From Eledone cirrhosa (lineage: Eukaryota): a stretch of 64,000 nt of DNA. Location: positions 8,060,001 to 8,124,000 of the forward strand of contig OZ024746.1 in NCBI GenBank assembly GCA_964016885.1, in the 5' to 3' direction. Below are positions 1 to 12,357 of the stretch, in pieces. The translations under genes and the position numbers were made by a program. How positions within the stretch are numbered: the first letter of the stretch is position 1; each line of letters opens with the position of its first letter. Under the pieces are notes generated by a model. It did not search any database. It was given only the letters and a program-made list of their open reading frames with translations, and was not told where the DNA came from.

Positions 1-35
1 ACACACACACACATATATATACACACATACACATT

Positions 36-67
<32 letters not shown>

Positions 68-310
68 TATATATTATATATATATACACACATGCATATA
101 TATATATATATAGATATACACACACACATACATATATATATAATATATATATACACACACATGCATATATATATATATATATAGATATACACACCACACA
201 CATACATACGCATATATATATATATATATAGACACACACATACACATATATATATATATATATAGACACACACACATACACACACACATATATATATATA
301 TATTTATATA
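1..310. repeat. Compound (AC)n/(AT)n microsatellite
   Basis: Alternating AC and AT dinucleotide runs read directly. Confidence 0.97.
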
Positions 311-439
311 ATATTGAAAAAGAGAATAACATGGTCAACAGTATAAACAAGAACATTTATTTACAGTCTAACAATTGTTTCTAGGATGGAGTTGTCGAGA
401 GAGAGAGAGTTGTCTATATATATATATATATCCCTATGT

Positions 440-601
440 AGTTGACAGCTGAGAGAAAAGAGCACTCAATACCAAAGTAGAGTTTAAATATTTTATTAAG
501 GCTGAACAGTGAGTCTTGTTACTCTGGAGTTTCACTTGTCTGATGTGAGAAGCAGGTGAAACTCGAGAGTAACAAGACTCACTGTTCAGCCTTAATAAAA
601 T
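440..601. mobile_element. Penelope-like (PLE) pseudo-LTR fragment as an inverted hairpin with a degenerate hammerhead motif
   Basis: Arms of about 48 bp (490-538 and 553-601) are reverse complements. The centre reads CTTGT-CTGATG(T)...GAAACTCGAGAGTA-ACAAG. Related sequence occurs at 56293-56400 and 58925-59115. Confidence 0.7.
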
Positions 602-822
602 GGATATATATAATATATATTGGTAAACATTGTAGTGATCAATAATAAATTGTCAACACAGAACAATATTTAATCTATAAACAATAATCACCAATGTCAA
701 CAATTAAAACAAAAACTAATAAATGAACAATATTCAACAAAAGACAAAATAGAACAACAATATTTAACATAGTTAACATACAATTTTCTGTGTCATTTTC
801 ACTAATGATAAAATTCCATTAC

Positions 823-884
823 TTTTGCTCTTTGGTTTGAAGAAAGGGATTCATTGGCCCCATCTTGATCTTCATCAGCTCCAC
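823..884 (-). CDS. Internal coding exon of an unidentified host gene ((G)GADEDQDGANESLSSNQRAK)
   Basis: Minus strand: polypyrimidine acceptor ttttttttcctctttattttgtgaAG, a 62-nt open exon, donor AAA|GTAATG. Its phase-1 start matches the phase-1 end of exon 7304-7458. Confidence 0.65.
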
Positions 885-1223
885 CTTCACAAAATAAAGA
901 GGAAAAAAAAGGAGTAAAAATTCAGGAATCCAAGGAAAGTAGTGATGGCCAGTGTTGGCAACATTTAGTAAATAGAAGGGATTATATGAGGGTCAGCTGA
1001 AAAGACCCTCAACACCAAAAGTAGAGTAAAAAAAATGAAAATGATATTTATATTCACACTTATGCAGGTTTAACTGGCCTCCTGTGAGGTTACATCTCAT
1101 AGGATGTTTCTCAGGTGTTTTAACGATAGGACCCTAGTCATGTCATGAAAATCAACATGGAATGAAGTGTCTTACTGAAGAACACAGTATGTTGCCCAGT
1201 CCAGGAATCAAACCCACCACCTC

Positions 1224-1452
1224 TTAACCCTTTAGCATTTAAACTGACTGTATCCGGCCAGGATTCTCTCACCTCTTTCTATTCAAACTGGCTATAACTG
1301 GCTGCTCATATTGATGTTAAGATATTGTTCTCAAAATATATAATATCAAAATCTTATAGATTCGATATTATGTGAGATAATTATGTGAGATAAGGCCTTT
1401 ACCACAAAAATACAATGGTGTATATAGAGTAATATAAATGCTAAAGGGTTAA
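1224..1452. mobile_element. piggyBac-type MITE, family A (TTAA-CCCTTTAGCATT...AATGCTAAAGGG-TTAA)
   Basis: TIRs begin CCCT/AGGG with TTAA on both sides, and the element interrupts a SINE head. Further copies at 19636-19861, about 19970-20175 and about 21690-21892. Confidence 0.8.
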
Positions 1453-1628
1453 TTGTGAGTTCAACATTGACCACTGGGCCATGTACTTTTACATAAGATA
1501 GATCGCCTCCTTCATCTTTAACATGTCTTACTCTAAAATTATTTTACTTGAAACCATTCTAATCATAAACTGTCTCTGGTTCTATGATACCAAGCTGTTT
1601 CTTTTAAAATTATAGTGATCATAATTCT

Positions 1629-1760
1629 GAGGATGGATCTCATTCCAGTTTGTGAGACATCACACAGCTTAAAACTGTGTTGTTAAAATAGAACATGAAT
1701 TATATTACTGAGATACAATTAACTAGCTAGAAACAGGAGAGGGTACTAGGTTAAAAATAA
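1629..1760. repeat. Left arm of a 135-bp inverted duplication (partner 3861-3995)
   Basis: Reverse complement of 3861-3995, roughly 90% identical by eye. Flanked by the direct repeat AGTGATCATAATT at 1614-1626 and 1765-1777. Confidence 0.9.
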
Positions 1761-2002
1761 ATACAGTGATCATAATTATAGTGACCGCAAGTTATATTTC
1801 AAACACAAGCTTAAAAATGAAGAAAGTTATTTTACTAAATCTCTCGAGATTCTTGAAAATCATAGGCAGTGACTGTCATTAAAAATATGGTGAAGAAATG
1901 GTTAAAAACTGTATCCTTTCTGTGTGTATGTGGGTGTCAGGCTGAAGCAAAAGTGTGAAAAGCAATAAGAAGTGGAATTGTTAGAGATGAGGTGTGAAAG
2001 AG

Positions 2003-2188
2003 TAATAATTGTTTCTACTTTAGGCACAAGGCCAGCAATTACTCAGTACATTACTGGTACTTTATTTTATCGACCCCGTAAGGATGAAAGGCAAAGTTAA
2101 CCTCGGCAGGATTTGAACTCAGATCGTAAAGGGACGTAACTATGCTGGAAAGCATGGCATCTGACCCTCTACCGATACTGCCAATTCA
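2003..2188 (-). mobile_element. tRNA-derived SINE with Deu/Nin-like core
   Basis: On the minus strand: A-box TGGCAGTATCGGTAGA, B-box GAGTTCAAATCC, core GCCTTTCATCCTTACGGGGTCGATAAAATAAAGTACCAG, tail AAAGTAGAAACAATTATT. Many near-identical copies in the window. Confidence 0.85.
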
Positions 2189-2359
2189 GAGTAATAATGC
2201 TGGTGTGGAAGGTGGCTGTTAAATGATGACTTCTAGGAACTATCCTATAAAGAATACATTAATCTAGTCACATTTATAGTTTCTTAAATATGCAGAACAC
2301 TTTTTCTAACTATGAGAAGAATGAAACAATTGCCAACCTAGACCACACAGTCTTATTCT

Positions 2360-3228
2360 ATTGACCCTAGCCTCACCTCTACTCTCACACAGATGACCCC
2401 AGCTCCACCTCTACTCTCACACAGATGACCCCAGCCTCACCTCTACTCTCACACAGATGACCCCACCCTCACCTCTACTCTCACACAGATGACTCCAGCC
2501 TCACCTCTACTCTCACACAGATGACCCCACCCTCACCTCTACTCTCACACAGATGACTCCAGCCTCACCTCTACTCTCACACAGATGACCCCAGTTCCAC
2601 CTCTACTCTCACACAGATGACCCCAGCTCCACCTCTACTCTCAGTCTTATTCTATTGACCCCAGTTACACCTCTACTCTCACACAGATGACCCCAGCCTC
2701 ACCTCTACTCTCACACAGATGACCCCAGTTCCACCTCTACTCTCACACAGATGACACCAATTCCACCTCTACTCTCACACAGATGACACCAATTCCACCT
2801 CTACTCTCACACAGATGACCCCAGTCTCACCTCTACTCTCACACAGATGACCCCTGTCTCACCTCTACTCTCTCACCGATGACCCCAGCCTCACCTCTAC
2901 TCTCACATAGATGACCCCAGCTCCACCTCTACTCTCTCACAGATGACCCCAGCTCCACCTCTACTCTCTCACAGATGACCCCACCCTCACCTCTGCTCTC
3001 ACACATATGACCCCACCCTCACCTCTACTCTCACACAGATGACCCCACCCTCACCGCTACTCTCACACAGATGACCCCACCCTCACCTCTACTCTCACAC
3101 AGATGACCCCACCCTCACCTCTACTCTCACACAGATGACCCCACCCTCACCTCTACTCTCACACAGATGACCCCACCCTCACCTCTACTCTCACACAGAT
3201 GACCCCAGTTCCACCTCTACTCTCACAC
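2360..3228. repeat. 31-32-bp minisatellite (GATGACCCCAGCTCCACCTCTACTCTCACACA), about 27 copies
   Basis: Tandem periodicity read directly. Confidence 0.97.
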
Positions 3229-3860
3229 CCTCCTAACAAGAGTTCAATAAACATGTGGAAGGCATGAAACTCAGATACCTGAAAGATTGTAATCTAATAA
3301 AGATTTCTTTTGGCCAACTTTATGTATGTGAATGTACATGTGTGCATGTGTGTGTGAGTATGTCTGTATACATGTGAGTGTGTATGGTTGATTGACTTTA
3401 ATCACTTATTGATTCTGGCAGAATTTGAACTCAGAATAAAGAAATATCAAATTAGATAACATAAATTATGTACTTTCTCAGCCATTTACCCCAACCAACA
3501 GTGGTGGTGGTGGTAGTAGTAGTAGTAGCAGTGATGACAGTATGAACTTTTAGCTTTGTCATATGACCACAAGTTTGTGAAGATGGCAGTGATAGGCCAA
3601 ATGAATTAACCTCAGCATATTACTGATACTAAATTTATTGACCTTGGAGTCAAGGAATGCAAGGTCAATGCTGACAAAATTAGAACTCAATATACAGACA
3701 GAGGAAATTAAATAAGGTTTGCCATACTTAGTCTGTTAATTTGATAAAAAAAAAAAATAAAAAAAAATATCGATTATAAAATTATTTATATCTTATTGTT
3801 CATGATTTACTCATTCACCTCTACCAGATTCTATATTCTGCAAAGAAACAATATAACTAG

Positions 3861-3995
3861 TTATTTTTAACCTAGTACCCTCTCCTGTTTCTAGCTAGTT
3901 AATTGTCATTCCATAATATAATTCATGTTCTATTTTAACTACACACAGTTTTTAAGCTGCTTGATGTCTCACAAACTTGAATGAGATCCATCCTC
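3861..3995. repeat. Right arm of the 135-bp inverted duplication
   Basis: Reverse complement of 1629-1760. Confidence 0.9.
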
Positions 3996-4532
3996 CCTTT
4001 AATTTAAATTTGGTTTACTATAAACATCTCTTTAAACATGATACCAAACCTGAAACTATCCCTGCTTCTACCATACAAAGCTGTAAGTTTTAAACTGTTT
4101 ACATATATCCAAAATCCTTCCATCATAAATTTATGTAAGAACCTTTATTAACTTAGGGTTCCAAACAGATAAATTCTCAATTATTTTCGGTAGAAATATG
4201 GTAATAAAAAGGGTTAGTATATCTTACATGTATGTATATTAAAATGAGCTGTTAACCATTACAGTCAATCCCCTGTTCTCTGAACATCAATCCAAACAAG
4301 ATCTCCAGACTCTGTTAATACTTAATTAGCCATAATATTTCTAAATGGAACCCAAGTATATTACTAGTACTACCATTTTATCATCTTTGTTTAACAATGA
4401 TTAAAAATGAAATTGAATCGTTAAAAATGTTACATCAATGAGTTATTACCAGCACTGGTGCAACAATCACACCCTTTCTTTACCATTATAAATAGTATCA
4501 CATGTCAGTCTACTAGTTTGATCTCAGTCACT

Positions 4533-4948
4533 TTAACCCTTTTTGTACTAAAACTGCATGAAACTGCCCCCTAGTTCTATAGTATAGACATATTTATTTT
4601 AAAGTGTTTATATTTGTCTAAAAACCTTTCATTATAATTTTATAAAAATTTTTGTTTCAAACACCAACTTAATAATGAGAAAGTTAGTTACATTACAAAA
4701 TCCCTACAAATTCTTCATTATTTTAGGGTCAGACGCCATGCTTTGACGCATAGAGTTACGGCCCTTGCCATTCTGTGTTCAAATCCCGCCGAGGTTAACT
4801 TTGCCTTTCATCCTTACGGGGTCAATAAAATAAAGTACCAGCAATGTTACTTTTGGCCTTGTGCCAAAAGTAGAAACAATATTTTTCAAAATTATTCCAA
4901 ATTATAGGCAGTGTTTTTATATTAGAAAGAGGGCACCAAAAGGATTAA
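4533..4948. mobile_element. piggyBac-type MITE, family B, with a SINE nested at about 4725-4880
   Basis: TTAACCCTTTT...AAAAGGATTAA ends. Internal sequence is shared with copies at about 1530-1905, 4030-4217, 4955-5195, 37530-37790 and 38970-39230. Confidence 0.7.
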
Positions 4949-5998
4949 ACAGTGATAAGCCTTTCAATATCAAACCTCTTTAAACTGGCCATATTTGTAA
5001 GATACAAAGCTGCTTATTTTAAAGTGTTTATATTTATCTAAAAACCTTCCATCATAATTCTATCTAAGAAACTTTGTTATCGTCCAAACTACAGCTTAAT
5101 AACAAGAAAGTCTGTCTATTACATTATTAAATACCTTCAAATTCTTGATTATTTTCAAAATTATTTGAAAGAAATATGATAATAAAAGGATTAAACAGTG
5201 TTAAGATTATTTTGACATGAAGATTACTGACATATTACTACAATTAACCAAGTTTGCTGCTGTTATGATGTCTGTGATGAGAAAAGTGCAGACAATCAGA
5301 AAAAAAAAATAAGATTTAGCATCTGGATTATGATAAAAGGTATTGAAGATTGCAAAAGAATATTTTATCGATTGAATAACAAAGAACTCTATAAACATGT
5401 TTATTATGTAATTATGTTCAGTATTGCTTCTTTTGTTTATTATCAGATCAGCTATCTGAACAAAAATGTTCCCCCACCAGCCTTATTCAGATATGTGCTA
5501 GTTTAAGTAATTCAAATATTGTAAACAGAATACAACACAAGTGGCTACAAGTACAATAAAATCGACTTAATGATTGATTGAGTTACTTAAGTGGGGTTCA
5601 GTGTTTTATCACAATATTTCATTGACCATTATAAATGCCATTTAATAGATTGAAACTTCTCAGCAGGTTATTAAAGCGTACATATCAATATAGATATTTT
5701 TTATTCTAGAATTGTAAGACTTATCCTTCTCCATACATCTTACAAATGCTATTCTGGAGAAAAAAAAAGTCTGCAGTGAAATGTCAACAACTAAGAATCA
5801 ATATCCCTACCAATTAGCAAGACAAGAAAATTACTTAATGCCATATGATTGACAATTGTGCTCTTCTATTGTTACTGACATTGTTATTGTGTAACTAGTT
5901 TAAAATAAACAGTGGCTTTTGAGGGGAAGGGGAAATTATATTCTTTATAAATTTATTCTTTATTAAAAATCCTTCCGTCCTCCCTTCTTGTCTTGTAC

Positions 5999-6690
5999 TA
6001 TCGGGTTGACAGTAACCTATGGTGATGTCCTTGACAGGCACCATCAGGTTGACAGTGACCTATGGTGATGTCCTTGACAGGCACCATCGGGTTGACAGTA
6101 ACCTATGGTGATGTCCTTGACAGGCACCATCGGGTTGACAGTGACCTATGGTGATGTCCTTGACAGGCACCATCGGGTTGACAGTAACCTATGGTGATGT
6201 CCTTGACAGGCACCATCAGGTTGACAGTGACCTATGGTGACGTCCTTGACAGGCACCATCAGGTTGACAGTGACCTATGGTGACGTCCTTGACAGGCACC
6301 ATCAGGTTGACAGTGACCTATGGTGACGTCCTTGACAGGCACCATCAGGTTGACAGTGACCCATGGTGACGTCCTTGACAGGCACCATCAGGTTGACAGT
6401 GACCTATGGTGACGTCCTTGACAGGCACCATCAGGTTGACAGTTACCTATGGTGACGTCCTTGACAGGCACCATCAGTTTGACAGTGACCTATGTTGACG
6501 TCCTTGACAGGTGTATAGTGTCGAGCCTTCTTGTACCATCAGGTTGACAGTGGCCTATGGTGATGTCCTTGACAGGTTATAGTGCTGGGTCTTGTACTAT
6601 CAGGTTGACAGTGACGTCTTTGACAGGTATATAGTGCTGAGCCTTGTACCATCAGGTTGACAGTGACGTCCTTGACAGGTATATAGTGCT
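5999..6690. repeat. 43-bp minisatellite (CATCAGGTTGACAGTGACCTATGGTGACGTCCTTGACAGGCAC), about 12 regular copies plus degenerate 3' copies
   Basis: Tandem periodicity read directly. Confidence 0.97.
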
Positions 6691-7303
6691 AAGCATAGAA
6701 TTTTCATGGGAAAATACAAAAAATGGTTTCTCCATTGCCTTCCTTCAACTAATCTTTTTATCTGTAGACAATTCTGAGAGAGAGAGAGAGGGGGGGGGGG
6801 GGGAAGAGAGAAGAATCTATTTCACTATTTGATTGGTACTATATTTATATATTCCAAATGTGCGAAAGACAAATTTGACCATACCAGAATTTGAACTTAC
6901 AGCTCAGGGTGCTAGAACAAACACCACAAGGGATTTCTACTTGATGCTTAAACAATTCCCAATTCATTGTTTTATTACAAAATTGATTCATCATCATCAT
7001 TTAACGTCTCTCTTCCACGCTAGCATGGGTTATTTAAAAAAAATGAATTCACATTTAATTAAAATAATCTAATATTCAGTGTGTATCATGATTTTTAGAA
7101 TAGGTACACTATATCCCTACAGTGTCAAAAGAAAAATCAACTAAAAGGCTTAGCTTCAGGAAGGCATCCAACCATAAAACATTGCCTCAAAAAAGTCCTG
7201 CCTAACCCATGCCAGCATGAAGGAGCAGATATGGAAACGATAATGATGATGACAAACAAGTAATTAGAAAATGCAATGAAAGTGGTAAAAAGTATATACA
7301 TAC

Positions 7304-7458
7304 CATGTCCGTTATGGTTAGGTTTTACCTCATGCACAGGAGTTCCTCTCTGAACATTACTGCTACGATCTCTGGAAACATTGGTTAACCCTTCTGACAA
7401 GCTGTAAGTGCGTGGCATTATATTTAGCCATAAATGTCTCAAAATATTCAATTTATTT
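7304..7458 (-). CDS. Exon of host gene, probably containing the start codon (ATG at 7418: MPRTYSLSEGLTNVSRDRSSNVQRGTPVHEVKPNHNGH)
   Basis: Strong acceptor ttttgtttttcttctttacAG and consensus donor ATG|GTATGT. The 155-nt exon is non-repetitive and open in one frame, and the ATG has A at -3. It joins exon 823-884 in frame. Product not recognised. Confidence 0.75.
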
Positions 7459-7617
7459 CTGTAAAGAAGAAAAACAAAATGAATAAATAATTATATACTA
7501 AACTTTTTGACTTCTGAAATGTTAGGAACATTTTAAAATGTGAAAATGTGAACATCCCAACACAGAAATGATAGGGGTGTTTTACCCGATTTTCTCTATT
7601 ATTTATAAAGATTGACT

Positions 7618-7905
7618 GTTTCTCAGAATTGAGAGATCACAGCGCCAGTACTATGGTTATGTGGTTAGAATGTCTCAGAAAAGGCTTGCTGGACAGATTT
7701 TACGGGTAAAACCAACCAGCAAGAGACCCAGGGGTAGCCCCCGAGCAAGATGGTTGGATAACATCCATGATCTTTGCTGGTCATGCTTGGAGATCCAGCC
7801 GGATCAGTTGGAGACAGTTGCTTCTGATAGGACCTCCTGGAAGGAGTGTTTGAGGACTGCCCCCACAACCCCCTCAGGAATAAGTGGGCAAAGAAAAAGA
7901 AGACT
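7618..7905 (+). mobile_element. RTE-clade LINE 3' fragment
   Basis: Translates to RIERSQRQYYGYVVRMSQKR...KRPRGSPRARWLDNI...DRTSWKECLR, a typical RTE ORF C-terminus. Confidence 0.85.
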
Positions 7906-8113
7906 TATTACAGCCTTTTCTGTGTTAGGATGCTCATATTTTCAAATTATATCATAATTTCAATGAATAAATAATAAACACACACAATGTATTCCAACAA
8001 AAAGGAGTGGAAATTTTACAAATGAGAAGTCCATTAACCTTTTTAATATCAGATCTCTTGAGACCACCTCTAGCTCTGCCACAAAACTATCCATTTCAAA
8101 CTGTGCATATCTA

Positions 8114-8795
8114 AATAGGTACATTGTATCCCTGTGACATACAGGGATAAAACTAAATACTGGAATGTGGGCATACAGAGGAACAAAACCACTGATATTT
8201 AATCTGATATTCTACCAGTTTGCTGCTCTAACTAATTTGAATATTGACATTTAATTTTTATCTTATGGTCTGATGGAAAGATGATTCATTACCATGTACT
8301 TTAATGAAACATGTAAATCCATTAGAATAAAATATTTATAATGTTATACATTAATAATTCTAATGTTATAAAGAACAGTTAGCTTTAGTAAAAAAAATAA
8401 ATAGAAATAAAACAAAATATAGTGTAGTCCGAGTCTGGTTCCAATTTATTTTTAGCTTTAGTATTATAAAATAAACATTTTAGAGAATTATAGCTACTAA
8501 TATAAACTTTTAAAACAAATTTATGAAAAAAAAAAGATACAAGTTTAGCTAGATCTTTTATACCCCGGGATTTAGAATAAGTAGACTATATCCCTGCAAC
8601 TAAAAAGGTTGGTGTGAAGAAGGGCATCTGGCTGTGAAATATTGCCCCAAAACATCCCATTCAACCCATGCTTGAAATTAAAAATTACATATGTTGAACC
8701 CATGCTAGCGTGGAAGATAGACGTTAAACGAAGATGATGATGATTTCTAAGGACAATTGATCAAATGTTTATTTAGGGATGGCATCTGTTTTCAT
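8114..8795. repeat. Left arm of a near-identical 680-bp inverted duplication (partner 11644-12332)
   Basis: Reverse complement of 11644-12332 with a few substitutions and small indels. Confidence 0.97.
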
Positions 8796-9272
8796 TAAGA
8801 TAAGTAGGAGACAATCTTGTTTTGAATCACAAATCAATATATGTCAGAATTAGAATTTTTGATCTTTGATTTGATAGCTTATACTTTCTCAACCTCTTTT
8901 ATAGGAATGAATTGTTTTTTTTATAGACAAATCAAATTTAGGTTAAAATACAATGTCTGCTACAGATTAAATGCAAAAATCTTTTCATGTTCACCAGAAA
9001 CTTAGTTTAGAATGTAACTGGGAAAGCACCACAGGCTGTTTCAAGTATCTAAAAAAAGGAACACTTTTCACAGGTCTGTAGTTAGAGTGCTGTAAAACTT
9101 ATCTGTATTTTCTACTAAAAGACTATCTTTGATAGCTGTTCATAGAATTTCTCTAAAAGGGTCTGTTCACCTGGGTTGTTACAAAAATTTCATTTGAATC
9201 GGTTATGTATAAGGTTGCCAACTAAAGACCATAGAGTTGTGATATTTATGTGTTTAGTTGTATTGACTACAC

Positions 9273-9320
<48 letters not shown>

Positions 9321-10024
9321 CATTAAATAAAAAATGAAGAAATATAATGATTAATGATAAAACATTTAAAGATGTAAAGGAGACAAGAATGTTTTACATT
9401 CTACTGTTATATAAATATACTTTAGTTGTAGAAGTGACGTCCAACAGGATGGAGAACGTATTGCCCCAGAGGACAGTGAGGGAGACACTGAAAGAGCCAC
9501 TCCACCTCATGGGGCTTGCACCTGTGGCTGATCAACTCCACCTTGATAAATATTGTGAACTAGAATTAAAAGTAAAAGACCACACACAGTCAAATACCCT
9601 CTGTGTATTATCTGACCCTGCATCAATCTTATTCTCAGAATTAGTTTTTGGAGCAAACATTCATTTGTTAAAGTAGAATTCAGTGGTCCTCAGTTGAACT
9701 TGGACGTTCACACTCTGACCTAGCTAAAAACTGTGATCCAAGTCAGCTCTATTTTGTTGCTAGATTTTAAACCTATAATTACAAAACCCCATAAATCTAA
9801 GTTTATTTGATTGGAATGGAATAATAACATGTTGAAAGAAGACATTATTGAGCCAAGTGACAAACCTTGGCAAGCACGTCATTAAGAACATAGCATAGAG
9901 TTCCATCAATAAGATCCCACACCTCATTCGCTTACCAAGTGGGTGGGGCTTTTAAATCGGATCAAGGAAATAATGTTTCCATTTGGTCTTTCCATTGCTG
10001 ATACTATCTACCAGTCGCAACTCC

Positions 10025-10527
10025 TGCCATTAACAGCGAGCACATGTCATTAACAGCACATGCCATTAACAACAAGCACATGCCATTAACAGTACGTCAT
10101 TAACAGCATACACACCATTAACAACAAGCACATGTCATTAACAGCACATGCCATTAACAGCAAACACATGTCATTAACAGCACATGCCATTAACAGCACA
10201 CACACCATTAACAGCACATGCCATTAACAGTACGTCATTAACAGCACACGCTATTAACAGCACATGTCATTAACAGCACATGCCATTAACAACAAACACA
10301 TGCCATTAACAGCGATCACATGCAATTAACAGCAGGGACATGCCATTAACAACAGGCACATGCCATTAATAGCAAGCACATGCTATTAACAGCAGATACA
10401 TGTCATTAACAGCACATGCCATTAACAACAAGCACATGCCATTAGTAGCAAGCACATGCCATTAACAGCAAGCACATGCCATTAACAGCAGACACATGTC
10501 ATTAACAGCACATGCCATTAACAGCAA
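10025..10527. repeat. Short-unit minisatellite (CCATTAACAGCACATG variants, about 15-21 bp)
   Basis: Tandem periodicity read directly. Confidence 0.95.
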
Positions 10528-10582
10528 GTGCAAAAGGAGATTAGTAGTCAGTTACACTGAAACTTTCAATAAATTCACTTAT

Positions 10583-10935
10583 GTGGCCAAAATGGGGTTC
10601 CTCCGAAGGGTCTTTGGAGTCATGTTACTCGATAGGGTGCATAGATTGGAGATCAGAGTCGCTCCAGGTAGAGCCGCTACTTCTCCGAATTGAGAGATCA
10701 CAGCTCTGATACTATGGGCATGTGGATTAGAATGTCTCAGGAAAGAATCACTGGACAGATTTTATGGGTAAAACCAACACGTAGGAGACCCAGGGGTAGA
10801 CCCTGAGTAAAGATGGTTGGATATCATCCAATAGGTGGTCTCGCTTGGTGTTCCAGTTGGGTCAGTTGGAGACGGTTGCTTCTGACAAGACCCGCTGGAA
10901 AGAGTGTTTGAGGACTCTGCTTCTATGACCCTAAG
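10583..10935 (+). mobile_element. RTE-clade LINE 3' fragment
   Basis: MGFLRRVFGVMLLDRVHRLEIR... followed by frameshifted YGHV and RRPRGRP motifs; homologous to 7618-7905. Confidence 0.85.
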
Positions 10936-11643
10936 TGCTTTTTGTCGTGACACCTATACAACCACTTTACAGTGTGGGCTGGGGGTTTTTTTGTCATGAC
11001 ACCTACCGACCACTTTACAGTGTGGGCTGGATACTTTTTGTCATGTCTGGTACATTTGAAAATAAATAAATCACTCAGGTTAATTTACCCAGAGACGCCA
11101 TCTGTATGAAAGACAACAGTTAAATTTGTGTTAACATATTTAATGTTGGGGGACATCAAAAATTCTAATTAGAAACGCTTATGTAATGAAATACTCTGCC
11201 TATATGTTTCAATTCATATTTTGAAACACTTTACTCTTCTACTTGTTTCAGTCATTAGGCTGGGGCACTGCTTTGATTTTTTTTTAAATCAATCATATTG
11301 ACTCTGGTACTCATTTTTTCAAGTCTGGAACTTATTCTATCCATCTCTTTTTGTAAAACCACTAAGTTACGCAACATAAACATACTCTCTCTCAAGATGG
11401 GTTTCTACAGTTTGTGTCTACCAAATTTCATTCATAAGGCATTGGTCAACCTGATGTTATAATAGAAGACACTTGCTCAAGGTGGCATGCAACAAGGTTG
11501 AACTCAGAACCACACAGACATGTCTGTGCCTAAACAATAATTTTATGTTTTTAGTAAAATACCCAATTTAATAGACTGACTAATGAAAAAATATTAGTAT
11601 TTGGAACATTACATAAAGGATTCCAACATAAAATTATAATTAT

Positions 11644-12332
11644 ATGAAAACAGATGCCATCCCTAAATAAACATTTGATCAATTGTCCTTAGAAATCATC
11701 ATCATCATCTTCGTTTAACGTCTATCTTCCACGCTAGCATGGGTTCAACATATGTAATTTTTAATTTCAAGCATGGGTTGAATGGGATGTTTTGGGGCAC
11801 TATTTCACAGCCAGATGCCCTTCTTCACACCAACCTTTTTAGTTGCAGGGATATAGTCTACTTATTCTAAATCCTGGGGTATAAAAGATCTAGCTGAATT
11901 TGTATCTTACTTTTTTTTTTCATAAATTTGTTTTAAAAGTTTATATTAGTAGCTATAATTCTCTAAAATGTTTATTTTATAATACTAAAGCTAAAAATAA
12001 ATTGGAACCAGACTCAGACTACACTATATTTTGTTTTATTTCTATTTATTTTTTTTACTAAAGCTAACTGTTCTTTATAACATTAGAATTATTAATGTAT
12101 AACATTATAAATATTTTATTCTAATGGATTTACATGTTTCATTAACGTACATGGTAATGAATCATCTTTCCATCAGACCATGAGATAAAAATTAAATGTC
12201 AATATTCAAATTAGTTAGAGCAGCAAACTGGTAGAATATCAGATTAAATATCAGTGGTTTTGTTCCTCTGTATGCCCACATTCCAGTATTTAGTTTTATC
12301 CCTATATGTCACAGGGATACAATGTACCTATT
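11644..12332. repeat. Right arm of the 680-bp inverted duplication
   Basis: Reverse complement of 8114-8795. Confidence 0.97.
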
Positions 12333-12357
12333 CCAAATCCTGGAATATAAAAGATAC

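Noticed and set aside
9347-9676. 109-aa plus-strand ORF as a gene
   Set aside because: No recognisable motif or convincing splice structure, and it is antisense to the inferred host gene.
9935-10020. Minus-strand exon ending at TTG|GTAAGC
   Set aside because: No clear acceptor; it abuts a minisatellite and looks like a repeat remnant.
8114-12332. Foldback or Mutator-type transposon with 680-bp TIRs
   Set aside because: No target-site duplication or transposase remnant is visible, and the arms contain ordinary intronic mosaic sequence.
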